Source: the human T2T-CHM13v2.0 reference genome, Homo sapiens
DNA length: 64,000 nt
Assembly: GCF_009914755.1 (NCBI RefSeq)
Contig: NC_060933.1
Strand: one strand, 5' to 3'
Below, piece after piece: positions 1 through 32,449 of the stretch (the first letter of the stretch is position 1; the number at the start of each line of letters is the position of its first letter). The notes under the pieces were generated by a model that did no database searches, was not told the DNA's origin, and saw nothing but the letters and a program-made list of their open reading frames with translations. A program made the position numbers and the translations under genes.

Positions 1-1
1 T

Positions 2-3908
<3,907 letters not shown>

Positions 3909-4260
3909 TATGCCTGTGGCTTTTTAACTCCCAGGGATGCAGCAGCTCCCACTGTCCCCAGAGGGTGTCACCCCACTTCCAGATCTGCCCGAGGAACAGA
4001 GCCTTTGACTTGACTTTCCCCCCTTAATACTTCCTCATCTGTCTTCCCAGAACACCCACGTCCTTCCAGGTTTTTCATACGCTTATGTCCTCTCTTGTCA
4101 GATGATAAAAACGGGTAACCCTATGAGTCCCAGGGTCCCTTCTGTTGTAGCCAATGAGGTCAAGGGCCAGACACCCATTCTGCCATTCAACAAACCAACC
4201 AAATTCATTGAGCACTCACTATTTGCCAGGCACCATGCTTGATGCTAAGGATAGCACAGG

Positions 4261-5000
<740 letters not shown>

Positions 5001-5244
5001 GCAGAGAACCAAATGGACTAAGTCCTTGTCCTCCTGAGCCTTAGACCGATATCTCCCTTGTGCCAGACTTAATCCCTGAGGGATTTGCATCAAATAAGAC
5101 AGATGCGGTCATCCTGCCTCTCACGGTACTGTCATCTCCTCCACTTCCCAAACTTTGGCAAAGGCTGTGAGGAACAGTGGAGAAGGTAAAGAGCTCACTG
5201 CCCCTGTGCCACCACCGAGAGTGTGAAACCTGCCCAGCACTGAG

Positions 5245-10440
<5,196 letters not shown>

Positions 10441-11589
10441 GGATAACACTGAAAATGACCATGGATAAAATGTAGGAAAATTCAGAGAATTATAAATAAG
10501 GCTATAAAAGTATCCAGAATTCTACTCCCCAAAAACTAAGCTTTGTTCACCAGCCTCAGTTCTGGAGTTAGGCTGAAGTGGGTTAATTTTCCTTCTGGGT
10601 CCAGCAGTGTGGCCTGGGGCACATTCTCTCAAAGCCTCCTTTGTCTCACCTGTGAATTAGAACAATAATATCTGCCCCTGGGTTAGGATTAAGTGAGACA
10701 AACCACGTGCTTTAGCATAGGGCATGGCCCGCAGCTGGTGCTTAGAGCAACCGTGACTGGAAGAGGGTGGGATGATTTGGGTGCCAGGCCCTAACATTTT
10801 TTTTTTGTATTTGCTTTTTGAAATTGCTTTTATAGTTGGTTAGGTGTCTAAAAAAGTAAGAACCCTCCTCCGCTCTCCCAACCTCAAACCACGGAGGTAA
10901 CCAAGACAGGAGTGCAGTCTCCCGGACCTTTTGTTTTGCAATCACACAAACACACAACACTCAAGAGGAGGGGCTTATTAGTTTTCATTTTGTAAAAATG
11001 GGACAAAGTACCCATATTGTGCAACAACCTTGCTTTTGAAATGAAAAAAGTATTATTTCTGCTTCCTTTCCGTTCATATACCGTATACATATTTTAACAA
11101 AATCCGGGCTTAGTCTGTTCTGAGGCGCTGCAGTTTTGAAGGGGGAGGGGGCGGAGATCCGGGCTCGCTCCCCCGTCACTGCCCCCTCCATCCCTTCCCC
11201 CTCTTTCCGGGCGCCCTTCCCCCGGGCCCAGGCCGGGCCCATGCCCTTCCCAGGCCCCTTCTCTTGGCTCCTGGCCCCTCCTCCGGGTCTCCTCCCCGAT
11301 CCCCGCTCTGCCCCGTTCTCTCCCGCCTCTCCCGCCGTCCCCGGGCCCCTCCCCACTCCCAGCCCCCTCCCAGCCCCCTCCCGCCGCTCCCCGCCCCTCC
11401 CCCCTGGCCCCAGCCCTCGCCCGGCCCCCGGGCCGATCCCAAGGCCGCCGCTCCCGGGAGGCGCGGCAGGGGGCGCTGCGCGGGCCCAGGTTGCGGGCGG
11501 CGGCGGGAGGAGGAGGACGAGGAGGCGGGGGCGGCGGCAGGCGGGGGGCGGGGAGCCGAGCGCGAGGGAGCGAGCGGCGAGACAGGCGC

Positions 11590-11756
11590 CGAGGCTCCAC
11601 CGCGCAGCGACGAGCGAGCCCGGGAGGAGGGAGGGAGCGAGCGAGCGAGCAGCCCGCGCCGCCGCCTCGCAATCCGCCGCCATCCCGCCGCCCCCGTGCC
11701 CGACCGCCGCCCGACTGCCATCGCCCGGCCCGGCCGCGCCCGCGGAACCAGACCAG
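11590..11756 (+). other. PRRC2B: Probable non-coding exon 1 of PRRC2B (start approximate)
   Basis: ATG-free GC-rich segment in the island ending at donor CAG|GTGGGT (11756/11757), followed by G-runs. The TSS position is inferred. Confidence 0.7.
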
Positions 11757-11763
11757 GTGGGTC

Positions 11764-11793
11764 GGGGCCGGGGCCGGGGCCGGGGCGTGGGGG
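11764..11793 (+). repeat. (GGGGCC)3GGGGCGTGGGGG G-tract array
   Basis: Read directly; starts at intron position +8 after the exon-1 donor. Confidence 0.95.
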
Positions 11794-13719
11794 CGGCGGC
11801 GCTAAGATGGAGGCGGCGCGGCCCGGCCGGGCTTTGTCTCCCGCGGCCGCCGCCGGGGGCCCGGGGGCCCTGCGGCCCTGCCCGACCTTTGTCCGCGAGC
11901 GCGGCCGCCGCCGCCTCCTTCCCGCCGGGCGCGGGGCTGCGGGGCTGGGAGGCCGCGGGGCCTGGGGGCGGCGGGCCCGGGCGCGCTCGCCATTGTTGTG
12001 GCGGCGCCGCGCGGCCTCAGGCTCGGGCGGGGTCCAGGGGCCGCGCGACTCCCTCAGGGCTCGCCCGCCACCCCCGTACCCCCGAGGCCGGGCCGGGCTG
12101 CAGAGGCCGGAGGGGCGGGGGTCCCGGGCCCGCAGCCGGGTCTCGGGGTTCCGGGGCCGGCGTCTTTGCTCCCCGCCCCGCCCAATTGACGGAGCAGCGC
12201 GCCCGAGGCGGGATCCTGCGGGGTCGGGCCTTGGGTCCGGGGCGCTGAGCGGCGTTCGCGGGGCCGTTCCTGGCGCGGGGTGGGCCGGGCCCCGGCGGCG
12301 CTAAAGTTGGCGGCTGGGGGAGGGAGGCGAGCGGCCGCCCAGTCTCGGTGTGAGTGCGGGAACCAGAGGGTTATTTTCGAAATGCTGAATGCTCCATGCT
12401 AAAAATGTTTAATAATAAACAGGATGTCGCCACTCGGGGCCTGCCAGATGGGTTTTTTTTTTTTTCCTCCTCTTTTGCCTCCCCCCAACCCCCAGGAGAG
12501 AAATTCAGCCCTGTTGAAACTGTGGGCCTCTGAAGAGTGGATTTGCCTTAAGAGGTGGATTTTTTTCCTTTTTCTTTTTTCCTCCTTCTAAATATCGTGG
12601 GAGGTCGGAGCCCACCTTTAGGCAAGAATTGGAGGTGTTTTCAGTGGTGAGCTTGAAGGAAGTGGGAGAAGGGGGGCTGGGGAGTGTCTTTTGCTAAATG
12701 GCTTCCTGGGAGAAATCTTTAAATGCCTTTGGTTTACAGGACTGTTAAACTTTCCCTAAGATTTTTTTTTTCTTTAAGGTTTAGTGTGCATTTGATGTGG
12801 CTTTGTACAGTGTCATCCAGTTTGGTTTTTGTAACCAATTGTGTGCGGTCTTAGCATGGTTTTTCCGAATCTCGCTGCAGCCATTTAGTCATGTCTATGC
12901 ACAGCGCTGTGGTGTAAGGTGGGACTGGGGAGGCCCAGGCATTGGGGTGCAGATCCTGCTTCTTTCTTCCGTAAACCTAGTGACTCTGGGGCTGTCTGAG
13001 GCTTCATCTGCATAAATCGGGGCGTGCACCCTCCACCTGGCAGGTTTGGGCAGCGGTGAAGGGCCTAGCAGAGGGCCTGGCACAGTTAGTGGTTCCTCCT
13101 ACGGTTGTTGGTATAACTGCTGTCAAGTCCTAGGACAGACGTGAGCCCCTTGTGGTGCCACCCATAGAGCCAAACTGTGCCCATGGATGCCACAGGTGCT
13201 GGCCTAAGGCATGGACAATACAGAAGGAATTCAAGGCCCAAACATTAGTGGGCGCTTATACAGTGCTGAGCCTCTCGGGAGGCAGGGATGGGAAAAAGTA
13301 GCATTTGGAGGTCTCTAGAACTTAGTAGACCCGGAGTGTGTGGCAGTTGGTCAGTTTAAGGCAGGGTTAGAACAGTACGAGATGCTCAGGACAAACAGAC
13401 GCCCAAGGAGTCCTGCCTTCTGAGGATAACTGCTTTCCTTGGGGATTGGCAGATAATCATCTGAGAGTGAGTTTCTACTTGTTTGGGCAAGTGTGTCTCT
13501 TGGAGCCTGCGCAGCTGGATTCTGGTCCTCATCGGGTTACCTTTACAAAGCAAGTCTCTGAGGCTCAGATCTTGCATCTGTAAAATGGGAATAATTATGC
13601 CTGCCTTGGGTATCTATTAGGGCTCTTGGGAGCCTCACTTAAGATTCACAGTGAATTGTTTTCTCTCCATAGGAAGGTGATGAAATGTATGTGTTTGTTG
13701 ATTATCTGTTTTTCTGGTT

Positions 13720-14127
<408 letters not shown>

Positions 14128-16184
14128 TAATGCTTATTTTTTCCTCTTCTCTTGGTTGATGGAACTGTGACTTCCCCACCCCAAATTCTATGGCCGGCTA
14201 ATGTTTTGCTATGGTGACTATCACCCATCTACCTGGAAGCACCAGAATGGCTTAGTACAGCTAGGGAGCTCAGCCAGATCTCGGTGTCTGCTGTTTGAGA
14301 TTGTGTGGAAGGACTATTGCTAAGAAGCAGGAGACAGACTGAACCCAGTGTTGGCCACAAGTGAGGACTGAGACCCAGGTCACCTCTTGGCTGAACATGT
14401 TAGCTTGTTGGTAAATGGCTCTGCAGTGGTTCTGCATTTTAGTGGGGAATTTGTTTTGGTTCATTTTGGCATTCCCGCAACCATCTTGTTGGTTTTTTGG
14501 TAAAATGTGGCACCCCCTCCAGACCTCTTAGCTGTGGAACTGAGATATTTTAGCAGGGTCCTGTCATCCTTTGATTTTTCCTCGCTTCCTGCCTCTTGGC
14601 CCTTCCTTTTTGTCTGACTTCACTCGGGCCCAGTCTGGCTCTATACTGTTAACTGGTTAGTTAGGCCAGGAGATAGTCGCTGCCTCTCCCATGAGCTTCT
14701 GCATACCTGTGAATTTTGGTTATCTGTGGCCCCCTAATGCTGATTGCATGCCCTTGCCTTAGGCCCTAAGCCCACTGTGTGGGCGTCCCATCTCGTACAG
14801 TGGCCGTCTCCAGCCTCCACTGGGCCCAAATAGGTAAAAAGAAAGCCTGGGGAAGGAAGAGCCAGGAAACCTCGGGAGAGTGGAATTTCAGGAATGGCAG
14901 GTCAGAACTGGTTCCAGCATGGGTCCCTTTGCCTTGTGCTTAGCTGAGGGATTTTTGTTATTAATTTTTTTTTTCCTGTTCAACACTCCTAACCTCTTTT
15001 GAATTTCAGTTCTCTTTTTTTATCCTGAAGGATTATTTTATTGTACTTTTGAGGGTTTTTTTTTTTTTTTTGCCTTGCACAAAGTACTGACTCATGTTGC
15101 TAATGGCTGTGGCTGTATGCTAGTTATATGTCTCATTATCCTACCCCTTAAGATTGATCATTTCTGTGTTGGTTTCTATTTCAAACCAGAATAGGCCAGG
15201 TGGGTCAATTCATGTATTTCTGAATTCGATAATGAGGCTTCCCTACCGTGAAATGTACATATCTTGTCATGGGCGGACAGGTACTAAATAGAGCCTATCT
15301 ATACTAGATTTTAAAACAATGGATTTCTCCCCAAAAAACAACATTTCCAGCAGACAATGGGCTTTGTGCTCCAAATCTTGTAATTTTGGTTTTAAATAAA
15401 TTTCATGTAAGGAGGCAGGGCTAACTAGACTGTCTTCTTTTCAGATCATAACTTGATCTCTTTTTAAGATTATTTCTGGGACTTGTACAGCCTCAGGAAA
15501 CTTGGGTCTGTCATTGGGACAAAGAAATACAGGCACTGGCTGTGGTGTTGGAGATGGGAGCGACATGGGATATGGTGAGCTTTGTTTCTGGTGAAATAGA
15601 ATTGTTTGTCATTAGCTTTAGGTTTAAAAGGTGCCATTCAGACTGGACCTCCTCACCTGGGAGCTGGCAGACCTGGGCCTTGCCATTGGCGATATTACTG
15701 TTTATACCTCTGGGTGGCACGTGGGAAATCTCTTTTGTGCTGGGAGGTAGGTTTGTCTTAGTGTCTTGAGCCAGAAGTTGTGGTTGAGCTTTGTTCTCAG
15801 CTGTACTTGTTGGTTTTCTGTGTGACCTGAGAAGCATCCTTCGTCCGAGCTGAAGTGCACCTCCGAGGTGCTGGCAGCAGCACTGATTTGTGAAGCATTG
15901 CGTGCAGCAGGAGTAGCTGGCAGAACAAAGCCTATCTCAAGTTGCTGGCGGTCTTTCACATCTTGTACAGGACTTCCTTCCGTTCTTACCTCTGCAGCCA
16001 GTTGTGTGGCTTCCGTCTGGACCGTCTTCCTCCTTTCCAAGATAACCATCAGTCTTTTTCTCTGTGGGGCTGCAGCAGCAGTATTTATTGCATTTTTAAT
16101 TGACTTGTCAGGCAATAGATACTCCTTGAGCACCTATCATTTGCCAGGCATTGTACAAGGCCCTTTAAATACATTTTTCTTGTG

Positions 16185-17075
<891 letters not shown>

Positions 17076-17574
17076 AAAATACTGAAAAGAATAAATGCCA
17101 AAATAAATATATAAATCACTTGTGACCTCACCATCCAGAGCTAACTGCAGTAAAGTTGCTGGTGTGTTTCTTTCCTCTGATAATGTCTGTGTTTTCTAAA
17201 TTAGAGCAATAGTATATATACATTGAATACACAGTTGATAGCTTGCTTTTCCCCTTTTAATGTTATAGTGTATTCCTCTACGTTATTTTTATAATTATAT
17301 AATTGCTATTATACGGATATGCCATAATTTATTGACTCCTGTATTCGTAGACATTTAGATTATTGTTGCCCTCTTTTCCCTCCTATAAGAGAAACTGTAG
17401 GGAGCATCTCGGCATGTTAAGTCTTGGTCCACGTGGCTGATTATCTCCCATAAGTGGAATTTCTGGGGTCAGAGGATTGCAGGCTTGTTCTTCTCTTCTG
17501 GACAGGATCGGTTGTCTCCTTCAGTCTTTGTCACCTCCCTCTCCAGCCTTGAGCCCAAGGCAGTCTCTTTCTTA

Positions 17575-22052
<4,478 letters not shown>

Positions 22053-25000
22053 TAAAGGCTCTTCCCCACTCTCTCTGAAAAAAAAAACCACTGTGAGGAA
22101 GTTCTTGGGATTCCTCCCAGAAAAAAACCCACATTATCCACATGCACGTTTGTATTCTTCAAGCATGCTGCTGCCCTTTCACGTGATAAAATGTCTCAGC
22201 GTGCTCCCTGACAGCTACGCAGACGGATTATGTTATCTATTTTAGCAACTGCAGAGAATATTTTGTGGGTATACTTGATTTAACCTCTGTCTCCTACTGG
22301 TGGACATTTGGGCTATTTGTAGTTTTGGAATATTACACAATTTTGGTCAAACTGTACCAGATTTGTTTTCAAAAACATACAATTTGTATGTAAGCATGTA
22401 AGTGTGAGAATGTGGTTCTGCAGTGTGGACTCTTCAACTGAATAGCTTTTTGGTAAGAATTCTGCCAGATTTCTCTTCAGAAAACTTTGTATCAGCTTAT
22501 ATGTGTGAGCGTATGTTTCTGGACTATGGGCTTTTCTAAATGAACAGGCTTTTTGGATTGTTTTGGGTGTGCACATTTTCCAATCAAAAGCTACTGTTTG
22601 CGGCTTTCTGTGGTGAGCGTAGGGTCTGATGTTTTGGTGAGCTTGGGCAGACAGCGATCAGACACAGCAGCTCCGTTCACAGTGCAGAAGCGGCCACTGG
22701 AGGAGTTGCTCTGGGTGTCTTGTTAGGTGAAGGCCACTGTGGGAGCTGGAAGGAGGCGATAGACACAGCCAGGTCTAAGGTTGATTTTCTGTATCAAGTA
22801 AAATGATTGTCCTTGCTGCCTGTTTTCTTCCAACTGTTATACACTGGAGCCTGGTGCATAAAATTCAGAGACGGCCTCCATTTTAAGTTTTCTCATAGCC
22901 CCGTCTTTCACAGTCCTTGGTGGTTTTGTTGCTGTTAATATTCATTGCTGTTGGCGCTTTTGCAGCTCCTGATAGTGGCTGTTGTGCATATCTCACTTCT
23001 CGACTCAACCTCTTGGCGTCACTTGCCACCCCTCCTGCCCCCCACTTTGGTTTAGTTCTTCCAGGAGATCACACCATTGGTTGAAGTGACTGCAGAAATG
23101 AAGCACTGGAATGCCTGGGTGGTGGTGTTTCATCAGGCTAGGCTGGCGGGGATTTGTGCTCTGGCAAGAGGAGGTGCGGTTTGGAATTACACTGCTCTGG
23201 CTCCTGGGGGGGTTATTGTTAGCTGGAATTCAGAGAGAGCTCGCTGGGAGAGTTGGGAATGCCATGCCCCCTCTTCCTGGTGGAGAGTAGCTCTCCCTTG
23301 CAGGCACAGTGCAGCACCCCACACTGGAGGCCCTGCTTTGGGGTCAGCTGCCTTCAAGTCCAGGTTCTACCACTTAGAAGCTGGGTGACCTGGGGCCAGC
23401 TTTTAAATCTTTTTGAATCTCCATTCTCTTCCTCTGCAAAATGTGATAGTAACACCTTCATAGGACCTGGGAAAGGATTCAGAGGGTCATGTGCTGCAGA
23501 GTTGATAGGGCACCTGGCACAAGACAGCAGGCTCTCCATAGACCGCAGCTATTAATGGTTCCTGGATTCAGCCCTCCCCGGGGGCCCGGGGGTTTGGAGC
23601 AGGCAGGCTTTTGTACACTTGGGGCTTGTTTGTTACCTAGGTGTTGGGGTTTCTAATTATGTGCTCAGCACTGTGCTACATGCTAAAGATTTGGACCCGT
23701 AGCGCATTGCCCTCACCTCCTGGAGCTCAGTCACCTTAACTAGCAAGGGCCTCCCATGGGCAGGTGCATCAGGGCTCTTCTGTACATCTCTCCACAATGA
23801 ACACCACTGCGGATGTCTGTTCCCACGAGCAAGGGCGTTTGATAGCTGGCAGCTGCCCTGTGTCTAGTCTGTTGTGTTGTGTTCTTGGGGAGTTTCAGGT
23901 AAATGTCTTGGAAGGAATGAAGGTAGGCATGTTAAGGCAGTTTGTGGGTTCTGGCTGCAAGGGAGACTGCAGCTGGGCCAGCAACAGCCCTGACTTGACC
24001 TCAGGCCGACAGGAGTGTTCCTTTCAGCCACTTAGACCTACCTGCTATGAGGTCTTGAACAAATCATGTCTTTTGCTCCTTTAAGTCTCAGTTTTCTTAT
24101 CTGCCCCAAATGGATACGGAACCTGTCTCACAGCATTGCTGCAAAGATTGGCGTAATTTCTGGGATGCAGTGTTAGTGCAGTGTAGGAAACCTAGTCAAC
24201 TTGGAACAGTATATGGTGTTGATACTATGTTGCTCAGTTCACCGAGATCTTAAAAACAATGTAACAGTTACAATACAGGCGTGTCACAGTTACAATACAG
24301 CCTTGCTACAAACATCAAGCTCCAGAAGTGTATAGAGTAGAAAGTGAAAGTCATTCCTTCTTCCCTGCTGTTTCTTTATAATATCAAGAGAGGACTGCTG
24401 TCTTAACCAGTTGTTTTTAACTAAGGGGACTGTTTTAACTGTGCATATGAATTCTAAACCTGAAGTGACCACTGGAAGGTGGGAGGTGTGACTGTTTATA
24501 GGTAGACCTTAATATAAGCAAAGACATCTCATATGGCTCCTTAGTGTGGTCTCTTCAGCTTTTTGAGGGGAGAAAAGGCCATTGTAATTCTTTGCACACC
24601 CTGGATGAATCATAATGTTGTATTGGTAAAGTTCAGCAGTGGCATAGACTGGGTTTAATTAACAAGTGCTGCTTCCAAAGATCCCACAGCTTTACAATTT
24701 GCTGTTGACATGGTTGGAGGGTGGGGGAAGGGGAAAGGTGGGCATGCCCTTAGGGTAATGGGGCAGTGCAATACGGTTTTTTAGACGCTTCGGGGAGATG
24801 GTGGGTGGGGGAGGAGAGTTGTGAGTATAGAGTTTTGGGTGAGGTGAGGAGTCTGTGGGTAAGGTGTTTATAACGTGTGTAGTGTATTTGGAGTGAGGGT
24901 GCATGCTCCCTTTTCCCACCGTTCTGAAGTCACAGCTTGGCGTACCTGGGAATGCCCTTGGCGTAGTAATCCCTGGCCCTTATTTTGGATCTGTCCTTTA

Positions 25001-25749
25001 TTCCTTTGTTACTTTAGAACTGGCTTCGCCGGCGATTGTCCTGGGTTTCCTCTAGTGTCTGAGGCTTGGAGGAGAAGTCATGCACGGCTTCTGGGGTCCA
25101 GTCCTTTGGCCTTTGCTGGAGATTATTTATACCAACCCAGCCCTTTTAGCTCCCACTTCAGTATTTTTGGATTTATTTATTTTCATCAAAGAGAAAGTTC
25201 CTTTGTCTCGGCTGAGTTGATGAACGTCTCTATAGCAGCAAACACCCGAGGGCGTGTGGCCCAGTTCTGAGAAGCTGTGGTAGAGTGAGGAGGGCACTGT
25301 GTGACCCTGGTTCTCACTTCACCTCTGAGCCTCTGTTCCCTTATCTGCAAATAGGGGGTGATAGTAAGGACAGCCACCTTAGTGGCGGTTAGGAGGATGC
25401 TCTCTGCAGCTGTAATGTTTATTCGGGCAGCCCGATGGAGTATTTCCTCACCGGGGTAACGGGAGGCATTGCATCCAGGTTGGAGTGGTTGCTGAGGAGT
25501 CCTTCGGTGCTTCTGGTGATAGTCATTGTTGGCCCTAATCCGCCTCCTGCAGCTGAACTGTGGGAGTGCCACAGCTAGAGGGGGTGGGAAGAAGAGGATG
25601 GGGTTGTTGTAAGTAGGCTGTGTTCTCTGCCTGTCTGGGCATTTGCTGCCGAAGGGCGTCTGACTCCCATGTAATTTACCTAATGAGAGGTCTCGGGCCT
25701 TGCTGGTTACTCTGTGCGGGGTTACAGGTCTCAACTCTTTTCTTTCTAT

Positions 25750-26200
25750 GGACACAAACGAAAAATGTGCTTTGCAGAGATGCCAGGTTGTAAAGAAATA
25801 TTGGCCCCAGCATGTAAAGATACATGTACTGGAGTGTTGGTTGTGGCATTATTTGTGGTGGGACATGTTCAGTTGGACATTTCCGTAGGGAAATGGGTAA
25901 ATAAAATACGATGCCACTGTATAGTGGAATGCTGTGTAGGCATTAAAAAGAATGAGGTAGATCACTATGTGTATTTTTATCTTTTAATTTTTAAGTCTGA
26001 ACTAAACAGAACTTATGTATATTTTTAGAAAGATGACCATGTATAGAAAGAGAAGAACCCAGGTTGAATAATACAGTAGCTTCCTGCATTTGTAGAGAAG
26101 ACCATGACTGCTAATATGAATGTGTATAAGCCTGGAGGCTGTCCACCAGTTTGTTAACACTGTTTACCTTTTGAGTTGGATTGTTTTCTTGTGCACACAT
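25750..26200 (+). mobile_element. Old L1ME-type fragment
   Basis: agggaaatgggtaaataaaatacgatg...gtggaatgctgtgtaggcattaaaaagaatgaggtagatc. Confidence 0.6.
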
Positions 26201-26207
26201 TAGTATC

Positions 26208-29590
<3,383 letters not shown>

Positions 29591-30109
29591 GGAATTTTTC
29601 TTAAAGTCTAATATAGTCACTTTTAGAACATGTTTGCTCATCTACGTTGACCGTCTCTATCTTGATGGGCTTGATCTACCAAGGTGGACAGGCTTCTGTT
29701 TGTTCTAATGTTTGTACTTTCATTGTGGGTGGTCCTCTTGGCCCTTTAAAACTACCCTGCTCTGCTGCTTGCTCTTTTGTGTCTGTCTCCTTTGATTCAA
29801 CATTTTTTTTGTGCGTTTCATCTGTATAGTTGTGTATGTTTATTTGTTCTTATTGTAGGATGGTTTTTGGTTATGTGGATGTAATTATCCATGTGACAGA
29901 CTGAGCTCATTTCCATAGTTCTTCCAAACAATGCTGCCACAGTGCGGGTATGTGCGTGCGTGCGTGCGTGCATGCACACGCTGTTGGGTATATACCTAGG
30001 TTTGGAGTTAACTGGGTCATGGGTGAGCATATGGTGGCTGCATGGGCAGCTGCCAGCTCTCAGTGATGGCACCAGGTACATGAGGGTCATCCTTGCTCTG
30101 CTGGCGCTG

Positions 30110-31895
<1,786 letters not shown>

Positions 31896-31904
31896 TATCT
31901 TTTG

Positions 31905-31943
<39 letters not shown>

Positions 31944-32449
31944 TTTTTTTATTGATAATTCTTGGGTGTTTCTCACAGAGGGGGATTTGGCAGGGTCATG
32001 GGACAATAGTGGAGGGAAGGTCAGCAGATAAACAAGTGAACAAAGGTCTCTGGTTTTCCTAGGCAGAGGACCCTGCGGCCTTCCGCAGTGTTTGTGTCCC
32101 TGATTACTTGAGATTAGGGATTGGTGATGACTCTTAACGAGCATGCTGCCTTCAAGCATCTGTTTAACAAAGCACATCTTGCACCGCCCTTAATCCATTT
32201 AACCCTGAGTGGACACAGCACATGTTTCAGAGAGCACAGGGTTGGGGGTAAGGTCACAGATCAACAGGATCCCAAGGCAGAGGAATTTTTCTTAGTGCAG
32301 AACAAAATGAAAAGTCTCCCATGTCTACTTCTTTCTACACAGACACGGCAACCATCCGATTTCTCAATCTTTTCCCCACCTTTCCCGCCTTTCTATTCCA
32401 CAAAGCCGCCATTGTCATCCTGGCCCGTTCTCAATGAGCTGTTGGGCAC

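Larger units (their letters stand above)
11140..12350 (+). promoter_or_regulatory. PRRC2B: CpG-island promoter of PRRC2B
   Basis: ~1.2 kb very GC- and CpG-rich, non-repeat island with GC boxes (GGGGCGGAG ~11147, CCCCGCCC ~11389) and YY1-like motifs (AAGATGGAGGCGG ~11804, CGCCATTG ~11988). No TATA box seen. It is the only non-SVA CpG island upstream of the coding exons. Confidence 0.9.

Noticed and set aside
10985-12304. Long ORFs (232-370 aa) on both strands over the CpG island
   Set aside because: Low-complexity G/P/R/A translations from stop-poor GC-rich DNA. They start at non-ATG codons and cross the exon-1 donor; the PRRC2B start at 51055 has an in-frame upstream stop.
29948-29980. (TGCG)n alternating purine-pyrimidine tract
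   Set aside because: Short microsatellite inside a degraded L1 fragment; Z-DNA potential but nothing else notable
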